A DNA stretch of 24,945 nt from an uncultured Methanobrevibacter sp. (GCA_902795935.1 CADBMS010000143.1:1-24945), one strand, 5' to 3'; numbered from the stretch's first letter, positions 10,511-20,476 are shown. The notes: generated by a model from the letters alone, not told the origin. Made by a program: numbers and translations.

Positions 10511-10579
10511 ACAGACACATAATAGTCTTGAATTCACAATCCCGTCTGTGAATTCGCTCTACTAAACGGAGGTTAATTA
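10511..10579 (+). promoter_or_regulatory. Structured leader of rps13 operon
   Basis: Perfect 9-bp stem GAATTCACA/TGTGAATTC (10530-10555) upstream of SD GGAGG (10568-10572). Function is inferred. Confidence 0.5.
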
Positions 10580-11038
10580 ATGGAAGAAGATTTTAAGCAT
10601 TTAGTGCGTATTTCCAGAAAAGATGTAAATGGAAATAAAAATATTGTAAATGCTTTAACTGAAATTAAAGGCGTTGGAAAACCATTAGCAAATGCATTAA
10701 TTATAGCTTTAGGTCTTGACGCAAATGCAAAAATGGGATTTGTTTCTGATGATGATGTTACAAAAATCGAAGATGCATTAAAAAACCCATTAAATTATAA
10801 TATTCCTGAATGGATGTTAAATAGACGCGAAGATTACGAAACTGGTGAAACCCTACATCTAATTGAATCCGACTTAGATATGATGCTTCGTAGTGATTTA
10901 AACCGAATGAAAAAAACTAGAAGCTATAAAGGTAGACGACATGAAGTAGGATTACCAGTCAGAGGTCAAAGGACCAAATCTACATTCAGAAAAGGTTCAT
11001 CTGTTGGTGTAAGAAGAAGAAGAGGAGGACCACAATAG
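10580..11038 (+). CDS. rps13: 30S ribosomal protein uS13
   Basis: [24 protein letters not shown] and [19 protein letters not shown] motifs. Confidence 0.98.
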   Translation: MEEDFKHLVRISRKDVNGNKNIVNALTEIKGVGKPLANALIIALGLDANAKMGFVSDDDVTKIEDALKNPLNYNIPEWMLNRREDYETGETLHLIESDLDMMLRSDLNRMKKTRSYKGRRHEVGLPVRGQRTKSTFRKGSSVGVRRRRGGPQ

Positions 11039-11092
11039 ATCAGTAATGATCAATTGTAACTCAAAATTAACACTTTATAAGGAGACATGATT

Positions 11093-11614
11093 ATGGGACA
11101 TCCAAGAAAAGCAAGGAAAAAATATAATACACCACCTCATCCATGGAATGCGGATAGGATAAAAACAGAAAACAAACTCATGACCAAATATGGTTTAAAA
11201 AATAAAAAAGAGATTTGGAAAGCAGACACATTGGTTAGAAGATATAGAAGGGATGCAAGATACTTACTTGGTTTTTCTTCTGATCAAAAAGAACATGAAA
11301 GAAATGAATTATTAGGACATTTAACTAATTTTGGAATTTTATCTGAAAATGCTGATCTTGAAAATATTTTAGATTTGACTGTTGAAGATGTTTTAAATCG
11401 TAGATTACAAACTATGGTGCATCAAAAAGGATTATCTAGAACTGCTAAAGAAGCAAGAATTTTTGTTGTTCATGGGCATATAGCATTAAATGGTAAAAAA
11501 ATAGATTCGCCAAGTTATATGGTTAAAAGAGGAGAAGAAGATAATATAGATTTCTATGCTTCATCACCTGTAGCTAAACAATTCCAAAATAAAACTGCTG
11601 AGGAAAAAGACTAA
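11093..11614 (+). CDS. rps4: 30S ribosomal protein uS4
   Basis: [23 protein letters not shown] and [10 protein letters not shown] motifs. ATG 11093 preferred over 11087 on SD spacing and the usual MG start. Confidence 0.97.
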   Translation: MGHPRKARKKYNTPPHPWNADRIKTENKLMTKYGLKNKKEIWKADTLVRRYRRDARYLLGFSSDQKEHERNELLGHLTNFGILSENADLENILDLTVEDVLNRRLQTMVHQKGLSRTAKEARIFVVHGHIALNGKKIDSPSYMVKRGEEDNIDFYASSPVAKQFQNKTAEEKD

Positions 11615-11626
11615 GAGGTTATTATT

Positions 11627-12019
11627 ATGGCAGATAAAGAAAAATGGGGTATTGCTAATATTTATTCATCATTTAATAATACAATTATAACCATTACTGA
11701 TATTACTGGAGCTGAAACAATTACTCAATGGTCTGGTGGAAAAGTTGTAAGGGCAGATAGACAAGAAGCTTCACCTTTTGCAGCAATGGAAGCAGCTACT
11801 CGTGCAGCAGACGATGCAAAAGAAAAAGGAATTACAGGATTACATATTAAAGTACGTGCTCCTGGTGGAAATGGTCCTAGAACTCCGGGTCCTGGGGCTC
11901 AAGCAACTATAAGGGCTTTAGCTAGAGCAGGAATACGGATTGGTAAAATTGAAGATGTAACTCCTATACCTCATGATGGTACTGGAAGACCTGGAGGTAA
12001 AAGAGGAAGAAGGGTCTAA
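11627..12019 (+). CDS. rps11: 30S ribosomal protein uS11
   Basis: [31 protein letters not shown] and DVTPIPHDG motifs. Confidence 0.99.
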   Translation: MADKEKWGIANIYSSFNNTIITITDITGAETITQWSGGKVVRADRQEASPFAAMEAATRAADDAKEKGITGLHIKVRAPGGNGPRTPGPGAQATIRALARAGIRIGKIEDVTPIPHDGTGRPGGKRGRRV

Positions 12020-12020
12020 T

Positions 12021-12806
12021 ATGGAATTTGAAGTCATTAATAAGAATAAAGATGAACTAGTGTTCATGGTAAATGGGGCAGATATTGCTTTTGTCAATGC
12101 AATAAGAAGAATTTGTATGATGGAAGTGCCAACTATTGCAATAGATGATGTGAATCTTGTAAAAAATGATTCTGCCATGTTCAATGAAGTTCTAGCACAT
12201 AGATTGGGATTATTGCCAATAGCCTCGGATATTAAATCAATTGAAGGGTTAGTCATGCCTGATGAGTGTGATTGTGGGGAGTATTGCCCTCAATGTAGTG
12301 TGCCAATGACTCTTAATAAAAAAGGTCCATGTGTAGTTTATTCTAAAGACTTAGAATCATTAGATCAAAAAATAAAACCAGTATATGACACTATACCTCT
12401 TTTAAAACTCAAAGAAGATGAAGAAGTATGTCTTGAAGCTTATGCACAATTAGGAATTGGAAAAGAACATGCAAAATGGCAACCAACAATTGTATGTGCA
12501 TATAAATTTTATCCTGAATTAACTTTTGGTGATGAATGTACTTCCTGTGGTAACTGTGCAGGTGCTTGTCCAAGGGGTGTACTACAATACAACAACAATA
12601 AAGTTGAAATCATGGATTTAACTAATTGTTCCATGTGTAAAAGTTGTTACAGAGCATGTGATGATAGAGTTATCAATATAAGTTTTGATGATTCAAAATT
12701 CATTTTCAAAATTGAGACTGATGGGTCAATCCCTCCAGAAGAGGTTTTACTCAAAGCTTGTGATGTATTATCAGACAAAGCAGACAAGATTATTGAAATA
12801 GTATAA
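12021..12806 (+). CDS. rpoD: RNA polymerase subunit Rpo3/D with ferredoxin-like domain
   Basis: NAIRR...EVPT.AI, EVLAHRLGLLP, GKEHAKWQP and ETDGS motifs; two CxxCxxCxxxC motifs. Start is ATG 12021; the track start at 11973 lies inside rps11. Confidence 0.97.
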   Translation: MEFEVINKNKDELVFMVNGADIAFVNAIRRICMMEVPTIAIDDVNLVKNDSAMFNEVLAHRLGLLPIASDIKSIEGLVMPDECDCGEYCPQCSVPMTLNKKGPCVVYSKDLESLDQKIKPVYDTIPLLKLKEDEEVCLEAYAQLGIGKEHAKWQPTIVCAYKFYPELTFGDECTSCGNCAGACPRGVLQYNNNKVEIMDLTNCSMCKSCYRACDDRVINISFDDSKFIFKIETDGSIPPEEVLLKACDVLSDKADKIIEIV

Positions 12807-12818
12807 TGGAGGCATATT

Positions 12819-13184
12819 ATGGTAAGAAAAGTTACCAAAACTAATCCAAATTTAACTAAACTCATAGGAACTCTCAAAAAACAATCAAACATTGAAAATG
12901 TGGCAATTTGGAAAAATATTGCTAAAAGATTAGAGAGATCCACTCGAAGACAAGCTGAAGTTAATTTATCAACAATTAATAGAAATTCTGATGATGATGA
13001 AACTATTATTATTGCAGGGAAAGTTTTAGGTAGTGGTGAAATTAGCCACAAAGTAACTGTAGCAGCATTATCGTTCTCAGAATCAGCTCAGAAAAAAATT
13101 GAAAATGCAGGCGGTAAATGCCTAGACATTGATGCTCTTCTGGAAGAAAATCCTAAAGGTAGCAACGTCAAAATATTAGAATAA
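12819..13184 (+). CDS. rpl18e: 50S ribosomal protein eL18
   Basis: KTNPNL, AEVNLSTINR, AGKVLGSG, AALSFSESA and NPKGSNVKI motifs. Confidence 0.97.
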   Translation: MVRKVTKTNPNLTKLIGTLKKQSNIENVAIWKNIAKRLERSTRRQAEVNLSTINRNSDDDETIIIAGKVLGSGEISHKVTVAALSFSESAQKKIENAGGKCLDIDALLEENPKGSNVKILE

Positions 13185-13199
13185 ATAATGGTGTTTATT

Positions 13200-13622
13200 A
13201 TGATTATCGATGCAAAAGGACATATTTTAGGAAGACTAGCAAGTATTGTTAGTAAAAAACTTCTTGAAGGAGAAAATGTCATAGTGCTTAATGCAGAAAA
13301 AATAATTCTCACTGGAAATAAAGATTGGGCTTATGCTAAGTATAAACAAAGAGTTGATAGAGCAAGTATTTCTAATCCTAGGGATTTAGGTCCTAAATAT
13401 CCAAGAAGACCAGATGATATTTTCAGGAGAACTGTAAGGGGAATGTTACCTTACAAAAAAACAACTGGAAGAATGGCTTATAAAAATTTAAAAGCATTTG
13501 TAGGCGTTCCTCGTGAATTTACAGATGAAGAAACAGTAAATGTGCCAGAAGCAAAAGCTGGTGCTGTTAAAAAAGGCATGGAGCTTGGTGAAATTTCCAA
13601 ACTTCTAGGAGCTAAATTTTAA
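13200..13622 (+). CDS. rpl13: 50S ribosomal protein uL13
   Basis: [23 protein letters not shown] and [17 protein letters not shown] motifs. Start at ATG 13200 after GGTG. Encoded separately from rps9 (different frame, 17-nt gap). Confidence 0.97.
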   Translation: MIIDAKGHILGRLASIVSKKLLEGENVIVLNAEKIILTGNKDWAYAKYKQRVDRASISNPRDLGPKYPRRPDDIFRRTVRGMLPYKKTTGRMAYKNLKAFVGVPREFTDEETVNVPEAKAGAVKKGMELGEISKLLGAKF

Positions 13623-13639
13623 TCGCAGGATGTGTAATA

Positions 13640-14041
13640 ATGACTAAAGTTGTACATACAAGTGGAAAACGAAAAACTGCTATTGCTAGAGGTACTTTAC
13701 GTGAAGGAAAAGGACGAGTAAGAGTAAATAAAGTTCCAGTAGAACTATATGATCCAGTAATAGCTCGTAATAAAATATTAGAACCACTAACATTAGCTGG
13801 TGATGTAATCAATGATGTTGACATTGATATCAAAGTTATTGGTGGAGGAATAGTTGGACAAGCAGAAGCTGCCCGTATGGTTATTGCTAAAGGTTTAATT
13901 CAATGGACTAATGACATGAACTTAAAAGAAGTTTTCTCTCAATATGATAGAACTATGTTAGTTGGGGATCCAAGACGTTCTGAGCCTAAAAAATATGGTG
14001 GTAAAGGAGCTCGTGCTAGAAAACAAAAAAGTTATCGTTAA
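13640..14041 (+). CDS. rps9: 30S ribosomal protein uS9
   Basis: [20 protein letters not shown] and [24 protein letters not shown] motifs. Confidence 0.99.
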   Translation: MTKVVHTSGKRKTAIARGTLREGKGRVRVNKVPVELYDPVIARNKILEPLTLAGDVINDVDIDIKVIGGGIVGQAEAARMVIAKGLIQWTNDMNLKEVFSQYDRTMLVGDPRRSEPKKYGGKGARARKQKSYR

Positions 14042-14108
14042 GTACGATATCTTCCCACATTTTTTTAATATAAAGAAATGCAATTAATTAACAAAATCAG
14101 AGGATAAA

Positions 14109-14276
14109 ATGATTCCAATAAGGTGTATAAGTTGTGGTAAACCAGTATCCGCATATTTTGATGAGTATCAAGATAGAATTGCTAAAGGTGAAGACCCAAA
14201 AGCAGTACTTGACGATTTAGGAATCACCAGATACTGTTGTAGACGAATGTTAATTACTCATGTGGAAACATGGTGA
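14109..14276 (+). CDS. rpoN: RNA polymerase subunit Rpo10/N (55 aa; absent from ORF track)
   Basis: Manual translation MIPIRCISCGKPVSAYFDEYQDRIAKGEDPKAVLDDLGITRYCCRRMLITHVETW; CxxC...CCRRM signature; follows rps9. Confidence 0.97.
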   Translation: MIPIRCISCGKPVSAYFDEYQDRIAKGEDPKAVLDDLGITRYCCRRMLITHVETW

Positions 14277-14352
14277 TGGGAATATAACAAAATCTTGAAA
14301 ATTTATAATATATTATTCATGATTTTTCAAAAGGATATTGATTATTAATTTA

Positions 14353-14547
14353 ATGATTCTGGAGGATGAAAAGATAGTATCAAGTAATTTGACCAGATTT
14401 GAAAAAGCTAGGATTATAGGTGCAAGAGCATTACAATTAGCAATGGGTGCAAAACCCTTAGTTAAAGTTGAAGAACCTATTGATCCTATAGATATAGCAA
14501 CATTAGAGCTTAAAAAGAAACTTATCCCTTTAGATATAAGAAAATAG
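14353..14547 (+). CDS. rpoK: RNA polymerase subunit Rpo6/K (start uncertain: ATG 14353 or ATA 14374)
   Basis: [21 protein letters not shown] and DPIDIA.LEL...IPL motifs. Confidence 0.95.
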   Translation: MILEDEKIVSSNLTRFEKARIIGARALQLAMGAKPLVKVEEPIDPIDIATLELKKKLIPLDIRK

Positions 14548-14580
14548 TGCATGTAACTATTCTTATACGAGGTGTTTTTT

Positions 14581-15831
14581 ATGGATAGCGTAATTGAAGA
14601 TGTACGTGTACGTAAAATTTTAGATAGTAGAGGAAACCCTACTATAGAAGTTGATGTAATTACTTGGAATGGATTTGGAAGGGCTGCTGCACCTAGTGGA
14701 GCAAGTACTGGATCTAGAGAAGTAGTAGCATTTCCTGATTGTGGTGTAGATAAAATTATTAGTGAAGTTGAAGATTTAGTTTCATCTGAATTAATAGGAA
14801 TGGATGCTGAAGATCATATAGATATTGACATGGTTTTAAAAGAAATTGATGGAACTGATAATCTTTCATCAATAGGTGGAAACACTACAGTTGCGGTTTC
14901 AATGGCCGTAGCTAAAGCAGCAGCATCTTCATATAATATGCCTCTATACAAGTTTTTAGGAGGTAATATGAAACTCGAGTTACCTTATCCTTTAGGTAAC
15001 ATGATTAATGGTGGAGCACATGCAGGTAAACACGCTCCTGATATACAGGAATTTTTAGTAATCCCTGCTGGTGCAAATAATATAACTGAAGCAGTATTTG
15101 CAAATTCTAGTGTTCATAAAAGAATAAAAGAACTTATTCAAGCAAAAGATAAACAATTTACTGGTGGTAAAGGTGATGAAGGTGGATGGGCACCTAACTT
15201 AACTAATGAACAAGCTTTAGAAATACAATCTAGAGCGTGTGAAGAAGTTGGAGATGAATTAGGTATTATTATCAGGCCTTCTTTAGATATTGCTGCAAGT
15301 GAAATGTGGGATTCTTCAAAAGAAAAATATGTATATGAACAAGAGGGAATTTCTCGTGATACTGGTGAACAAATTGAGTTCGTAAAAGAAATCATTGAAA
15401 GATATAATATGTTATATGTAGAAGACCCATTAGATGAGTCTGATTTTAATGGTTTTGCAGATTTAACTGCTAAATGTGGAGATCGATGTTTAATTTGTGG
15501 AGACGATATATTCGTAACTAACAAAAACATATTACAAGAAGGAATTGATAAAAAAGCAGGTAATGCAATTATTATCAAACCAAACCAAATAGGAACTTTA
15601 ACAGATACATATGAAACGGTTAAATTAGCACAAGAACATAATTATGCTCCTGTAGTTTCTCATAGATCTGGTGAAACTACTGATGATACAATAGCACATC
15701 TTGCTGTTGGATTCGGAGCACCTATAATTAAAACTGGAGCATTAGGTGGAGAAAGAATAGCAAAGCTTAATGAATTAATCCGGATTGAAGAAGAATTAGC
15801 TAATCCTAAAATGGCTAAATTAACAAAATAA
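14581..15831 (+). CDS. eno: Enolase
   Basis: [53 protein letters not shown] and RIAKLNEL motifs. Start ATG 14581; the track GTG is within the SD. Confidence 0.98.
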   Translation: MDSVIEDVRVRKILDSRGNPTIEVDVITWNGFGRAAAPSGASTGSREVVAFPDCGVDKIISEVEDLVSSELIGMDAEDHIDIDMVLKEIDGTDNLSSIGGNTTVAVSMAVAKAAASSYNMPLYKFLGGNMKLELPYPLGNMINGGAHAGKHAPDIQEFLVIPAGANNITEAVFANSSVHKRIKELIQAKDKQFTGGKGDEGGWAPNLTNEQALEIQSRACEEVGDELGIIIRPSLDIAASEMWDSSKEKYVYEQEGISRDTGEQIEFVKEIIERYNMLYVEDPLDESDFNGFADLTAKCGDRCLICGDDIFVTNKNILQEGIDKKAGNAIIIKPNQIGTLTDTYETVKLAQEHNYAPVVSHRSGETTDDTIAHLAVGFGAPIIKTGALGGERIAKLNELIRIEEELANPKMAKLTK

Positions 15832-15956
15832 TAACTTTAATTTAAAGATTTTATTTTCTTTTTATTCCAGTTTATTATAATTTATAAAACAATTTAAAAA
15901 ACTAAACAACTATTAATGTAAAATGAAATTAGAACAATTATAAAAAAGTGATTATT

Positions 15957-16559
15957 ATGTCAGATGATTTATTAATACCTTTAGATAAGTATTTAGCAGC
16001 TGGTTTACACATAGGGACCCAACAAAAAACCAAAGATATGGAAAGATTCATTTATCGTCTAAGATCTGATGGATTATATGTATTGGATGTTCGAAAAACT
16101 AATGAAACTCTTATTTCTGCAGCAAAATTTTTATCTAAATATGATATGGATGATATACTTGTTGTATCCACTAGACAATATGGTCAATCCCCTGTTAAAA
16201 AATTTGGAGAAAAAACAGGTGTAATGACTATCCCTGGAAGATTCATTCCTGGAACATTAACTAATCCAAATTATGCTAAATTTATAGAACCTAAAGTATT
16301 GGTTGTAACTGACCCTAGATCAGATTTCCAAGCGATTATTGAAGCTCAACAAATTGGTATTCCTGTAGTTGCATTATGTGATACTGAAAACTTACTTGGA
16401 AATGTGGATTTAGCAGTACCTGTAAATAACAAAGGAAGAAAAGCTATTGCTTTAGTTTACTGGTTACTTGCAACTCAATTATTAAGGGAAAAAGGAATAT
16501 TAAAAGAAGATGAATTTTTAGATATTCCTGCTACTGAGTTTGAATTAAAATTCAAATAA
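15957..16559 (+). CDS. rps2: 30S ribosomal protein uS2
   Basis: [29 protein letters not shown] and PVNNKGRKA motifs. ATG 15957 preferred over GTG 15948. Confidence 0.98.
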   Translation: MSDDLLIPLDKYLAAGLHIGTQQKTKDMERFIYRLRSDGLYVLDVRKTNETLISAAKFLSKYDMDDILVVSTRQYGQSPVKKFGEKTGVMTIPGRFIPGTLTNPNYAKFIEPKVLVVTDPRSDFQAIIEAQQIGIPVVALCDTENLLGNVDLAVPVNNKGRKAIALVYWLLATQLLREKGILKEDEFLDIPATEFELKFK

Positions 16560-16580
16560 TTTTTTTTAATCCTTTTTTTA
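16560..16580 (+). terminator. Oligo-T tracts after rps2 (probable archaeal intrinsic terminator)
   Basis: Two T-runs (T8, then T7) directly after the stop codon. Confidence 0.4.
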
Positions 16581-16683
16581 TTACCCTCTTATAATAAAAA
16601 CAGAATTAAAAAAATTCACTAGAATATTGTGATTTTCAGAAAAAGAAGTTATAATTAGAAAAAAATAATCGTGGTGTTTTTGT

Positions 16684-17526
16684 ATGATAAGAAAACCTGC
16701 TGTTGCAGGGATTTTTTATGAAAATAAACCGGATATGCTTAAAAAATGTATAGAACATTGTTTCATGCATGATTTAGGTCCTGGAAACATACCTATTATG
16801 GGTCATATTAGAGAAATAAAAGGTGCAATAGTCCCTCATGCGGGATATATGTATTCTGGACCCATAGCAGCACATTCTTATTATAAAATTGTTGAAGATG
16901 GTTTTCCCGAAACATTTGTAATATTATGTCCAAATCATACAGGACTCGGTAGTGGTGTTTCAATTTCATCAGATAAACAATGGAAAACTCCATTAGGTAA
17001 TGTTAATGTTGATACTGAATTTACTAATTATTTATTTGAAAATTCAAATATTATGGATTTAGATAACTTAGCACATTTAAAAGAACATAGTTGTGAAGTA
17101 CAATTACCATTTTTACAGTATTTTAATGAAGATTTTAAAGTTGTTCCAATTTCTATGGGTCTTCAAGATATTAACACGGCTAAGGATGTTGCAGAAGCAA
17201 TAAATAATGCAAAAAATGAACTTGATAAAGATATTATAGTATTAGCAAGTACAGATTTCACACATTATCAATCACAGGATATTGCAAGTAAACAAGATTA
17301 CTCTTTGTTGGATTCAATATCAAATTTCGATGTATCAGGTATGTATTCTAAAATACAAGAACATAACATTACAATTTGTGGTTATGGGCCAGTGGCAGCA
17401 ACATTAATTTTTGCAAAAAGTAATAATGCAAATAATTCACAGTTTTTAAAATATGCAACTAGTGGAGATATAACTAAAGATTATGCTGCTGTTGTGGGTT
17501 ATGCCTCTGAAATATTATTTGAATAA
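16684..17526 (+). CDS. MEMO1-family protein (AmmeMemoRadiSam protein B; dioxygenase-like fold)
   Basis: RKPAVAG.FY, PHAGYMYSG, PNHTG, EHSCEVQLPFLQ, STDFTHY, CGYGP and VVGYAS motifs. Confidence 0.93.
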   Translation: MIRKPAVAGIFYENKPDMLKKCIEHCFMHDLGPGNIPIMGHIREIKGAIVPHAGYMYSGPIAAHSYYKIVEDGFPETFVILCPNHTGLGSGVSISSDKQWKTPLGNVNVDTEFTNYLFENSNIMDLDNLAHLKEHSCEVQLPFLQYFNEDFKVVPISMGLQDINTAKDVAEAINNAKNELDKDIIVLASTDFTHYQSQDIASKQDYSLLDSISNFDVSGMYSKIQEHNITICGYGPVAATLIFAKSNNANNSQFLKYATSGDITKDYAAVVGYASEILFE

Positions 17527-17582
17527 TATTGTTTTTTTCAAGACTTCTTTTCTTTATATAACTAAAGGTGGTTTAATAAGTC

Positions 17583-18554
17583 ATGAAAAAATCTATTGCA
17601 TCTGCACCAGGAAAACTTATACTTTTTGGAGAACATGCAGTTGTATATAAAAAACCAGCAATATCTATTGCTGTGGATATTCGTGCAAAAATAACAATTA
17701 CTCCTTCAAAATCGAAAACAATCTTTGCTTGTGATGATTTAAATATTAAATCTGTAATGGATTTTGAGAAAAAAGAATTTCATATGTTATCTGGTCAAGA
17801 AGGAATTGTTGAATATATTTTTGAAGTATTAAAATTAAAACATGATTATCTTAATCCAATTAATATTGATTTAGCATTAGATTTGCCTATTGGTGCTGGT
17901 TTGGGTTCTTCAGCTGCAATAACAGTGGCATTAATTGCTGCATTAGATAATTATTATAATAAAGAATTAAATTTAGATGAAATAGCTAAAACTGCACATA
18001 ATGTAGAACTAAATGTGCAAGGTTCAGCAAGCCCATTAGATACTGCTACTAGTGCTTATGGCGGATTAATTTTTTTAGATGAGAATTCTAAAGTAACTAA
18101 ATTAAGTGCTAGTTTTGGGGATATAATCATTGGATATGCATCTCAAAGAGGAAATACTCGTCAGATGGTTGCAAAAGTTAAAAAACTAAAAGAGCATTAT
18201 CCTGTATTAATTAATTCATTACTAGATGCTATTGGCAATATAACTTTGCAAGCTAAGGAAATATTTGATAAAGAAAAATTAACTAAAAATGATTTTCAAG
18301 TAATAGCGGATTTATTAAATATTAATCAAGGTTTATTAGATGCAATTGGTGTAAATACATTAGAATTATCAAACATGATTTATACTTCTAGAAAAACAGG
18401 AGCAATAGGTTCTAAATTAACTGGAGCTGGTGGTGGGGGCAGTATAATTGCATTATGTCCTGGTAAAAGAAAAGAAGTATTAAAAGAATTACAAATAACA
18501 GAAAATGCATTAGAAGCAAATTTCTCTAAAAATGGAGTAATTATTCATAATTAG
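17583..18554 (+). CDS. mvk: Mevalonate kinase
   Basis: APGKLILFGEHAVVY, PIGAGLGSSAA (GHMP motif), SPLD and SKLTGAGGGG motifs. Confidence 0.96.
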   Translation: MKKSIASAPGKLILFGEHAVVYKKPAISIAVDIRAKITITPSKSKTIFACDDLNIKSVMDFEKKEFHMLSGQEGIVEYIFEVLKLKHDYLNPINIDLALDLPIGAGLGSSAAITVALIAALDNYYNKELNLDEIAKTAHNVELNVQGSASPLDTATSAYGGLIFLDENSKVTKLSASFGDIIIGYASQRGNTRQMVAKVKKLKEHYPVLINSLLDAIGNITLQAKEIFDKEKLTKNDFQVIADLLNINQGLLDAIGVNTLELSNMIYTSRKTGAIGSKLTGAGGGGSIIALCPGKRKEVLKELQITENALEANFSKNGVIIHN

Positions 18555-18570
18555 ATTAAGGTGCAATGAT

Positions 18571-19380
18571 ATGATTATTTTAAAGCTTGGAGGAAGTATA
18601 ATAACCAATAAAGATTCAAAAGATCCAATATGTAATTATGGTGCTTTAAAAAGATTAGCTAATGAAATTAAAAGTGTTTTAATCAATAATTCTAAAGAAA
18701 AATTAATTGTAGTTCATGGTGCAGGGTCTTTTGGTCATAATTTTGCAAATAAGTATGATATTGGTTCCATTTTTAAAGATGAAAATGATTTTAATTATAA
18801 ACGAAAGGGTTTTTCTATAACAAATAACTGCACTAAAAAACTCAATACTTATGTTTGTGATGCTTTAATAGAATTTGATATTCCTGCAATAGCAGTTCAA
18901 CCATCTTCAATTTTTATGGCTGAAAATAAACGAATTATCCAATCAAATATTGATTTAATTAAAAAATATTTGGATTTGGGTTTAGTGCCTGTTTTGTATG
19001 GTGATGTGATATTGGATGTAAATGAACATATTAATTTGGTTGTAATTTCTGGTGATCAAATTATAAATTATTTAGCTCGAGAATTACGTCCTAATAAAGT
19101 AATTTTAGGTACTGATGTTGATGGAGTTTATAATAAAAACCCAAAAACAAATGTTGATTCAAAATTAATACATCAAGTTAGTTCATTAAATGATTTGGAT
19201 TCTCAAGATTCCACTACAAATATTGATGTTACAGGTGGAATGTTTGGAAAAATAAAAGAATTATTATGTCTTGCAGAGTTGGGAATAAATTCTCAAATAA
19301 TTAATGCAAATAATCCAAATTTAATGAAAAATGCATTGCTTGGTGATGAAACTATAGGTACTATTGTAAAAATTGATTAA
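18571..19380 (+). CDS. Isopentenyl phosphate kinase (amino-acid kinase family)
   Basis: LKLGGS.IT.K, VHGAGSFGH (IPK signature His), PVLYGD, SGDQI, DVDGVY and DVTGGM.GK motifs; lies between mvk and fni. Confidence 0.93.
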   Translation: MIILKLGGSIITNKDSKDPICNYGALKRLANEIKSVLINNSKEKLIVVHGAGSFGHNFANKYDIGSIFKDENDFNYKRKGFSITNNCTKKLNTYVCDALIEFDIPAIAVQPSSIFMAENKRIIQSNIDLIKKYLDLGLVPVLYGDVILDVNEHINLVVISGDQIINYLARELRPNKVILGTDVDGVYNKNPKTNVDSKLIHQVSSLNDLDSQDSTTNIDVTGGMFGKIKELLCLAELGINSQIINANNPNLMKNALLGDETIGTIVKID

Positions 19381-19420
19381 TCTTGATTTATATTATATTA
19401 GATGAAAAAAGGGAAATATT

Positions 19421-20476
19421 ATGATTTCAAATAGGAAATTAGAACATTTATTATTTTGTACACATTATGATGTGCAATACAAAAACAAAAAAACAGGATT
19501 TGAAGATATTGAATTTATTCATCGTGCACTTCCTGAAATAAATAAAGAAAAAATTGATTTAAGCACAGAATTATTTGGTAATGAATTAAAATTACCTTTA
19601 ATTATTTCTGCAATGACTGGTGGTCATCCATCTGCTTTACGTATTAATAAAGAATTAGCTATTGCTGCTGAAAAATTAGGTATTGGTATGGGTCTTGGAA
19701 GTCAAAGAGCAGGTATAAAACATCCAAATTTAGTTGAAACTTATAAAGTTGCACGAATTAATGCTCCTAACTCTTTATTGATTGGTAACATTGGTGCTCC
19801 TCAAATAGAATTGGCTTCTAAGGCAGTAGATATGGTTGAAGCAGATGCATTAGCTATTCATCTGAATCCATTACAGGAATCTATTCAACCTGAGGGTGAT
19901 GTTAATTCTGAGGGTGTTGTTGATTCAATTTCAGATATTGTTAAGTTAGTTGATGTTCCAATTATTGTTAAAGAAACTGGTGCTGGGATAAGTGCAGAAG
20001 ATGCTTATAAATTAATAAAACAAGGAATTTCTTGTATTGATGTGGCTGGAGCTGGAGGAACTAGTTGGGCTGCAGTAGAAACTTATCGTGCTGCTGATGC
20101 TGATTTGGGTAAGTTGTTTTGGGATTGGGGAATACCAACTGCTATAAGCACAATTGAAGTTAATAGTGTTGCACCAGAATTGCCTTTAATTTCATCTGGT
20201 GGAATTAGAAGTGGTTTAGATATTGCTAAAGCAATTGCTTTAGGTGCTAATGTTGCAGGTGTTGCTACTCCTCTATTGAAAGCGGCTTATATTGGTCATG
20301 AAGAAGTTATAAAAGTTATTAATAAATATGTTGATGCTTTAAAAATTGTAATGTTTTTGGTTGGTGCATCTAATTTAGATGAACTTAAGTCTACTAATTT
20401 AATTATTCGGGGCAAAACTAAAGAATGGTTATGTGAAAGAGGATTTAATACAATTGATTATGCAAGGAGGAGCTAA
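19421..20476 (+). CDS. fni: Type 2 (FMN-dependent) isopentenyl-diphosphate isomerase
   Basis: RKLEH, SAMTGG, GSQR, HLNPLQE.IQPEG, VKETG.G, GAGGTSW..VE, WGIPT and SGGIRSG motifs. Confidence 0.97.
   Translation: MISNRKLEHLLFCTHYDVQYKNKKTGFEDIEFIHRALPEINKEKIDLSTELFGNELKLPLIISAMTGGHPSALRINKELAIAAEKLGIGMGLGSQRAGIKHPNLVETYKVARINAPNSLLIGNIGAPQIELASKAVDMVEADALAIHLNPLQESIQPEGDVNSEGVVDSISDIVKLVDVPIIVKETGAGISAEDAYKLIKQGISCIDVAGAGGTSWAAVETYRAADADLGKLFWDWGIPTAISTIEVNSVAPELPLISSGGIRSGLDIAKAIALGANVAGVATPLLKAAYIGHEEVIKVINKYVDALKIVMFLVGASNLDELKSTNLIIRGKTKEWLCERGFNTIDYARRS

Noticed and set aside
11973-12020. Long rps11/rpoD overlap implied by the ORF track
   Set aside because: The extension is an alternative frame of the rps11 3' end; rpoD homology begins at ATG 12021.
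14271-14348. TGA readthrough of rpoN (frame stays open 23 more codons), suggesting selenocysteine or recoding
   Set aside because: The 55-aa product ending HVETW matches the short methanobacterial form as I recall it, the extension is low-complexity AT-rich sequence, and no SECIS-like element is visible.
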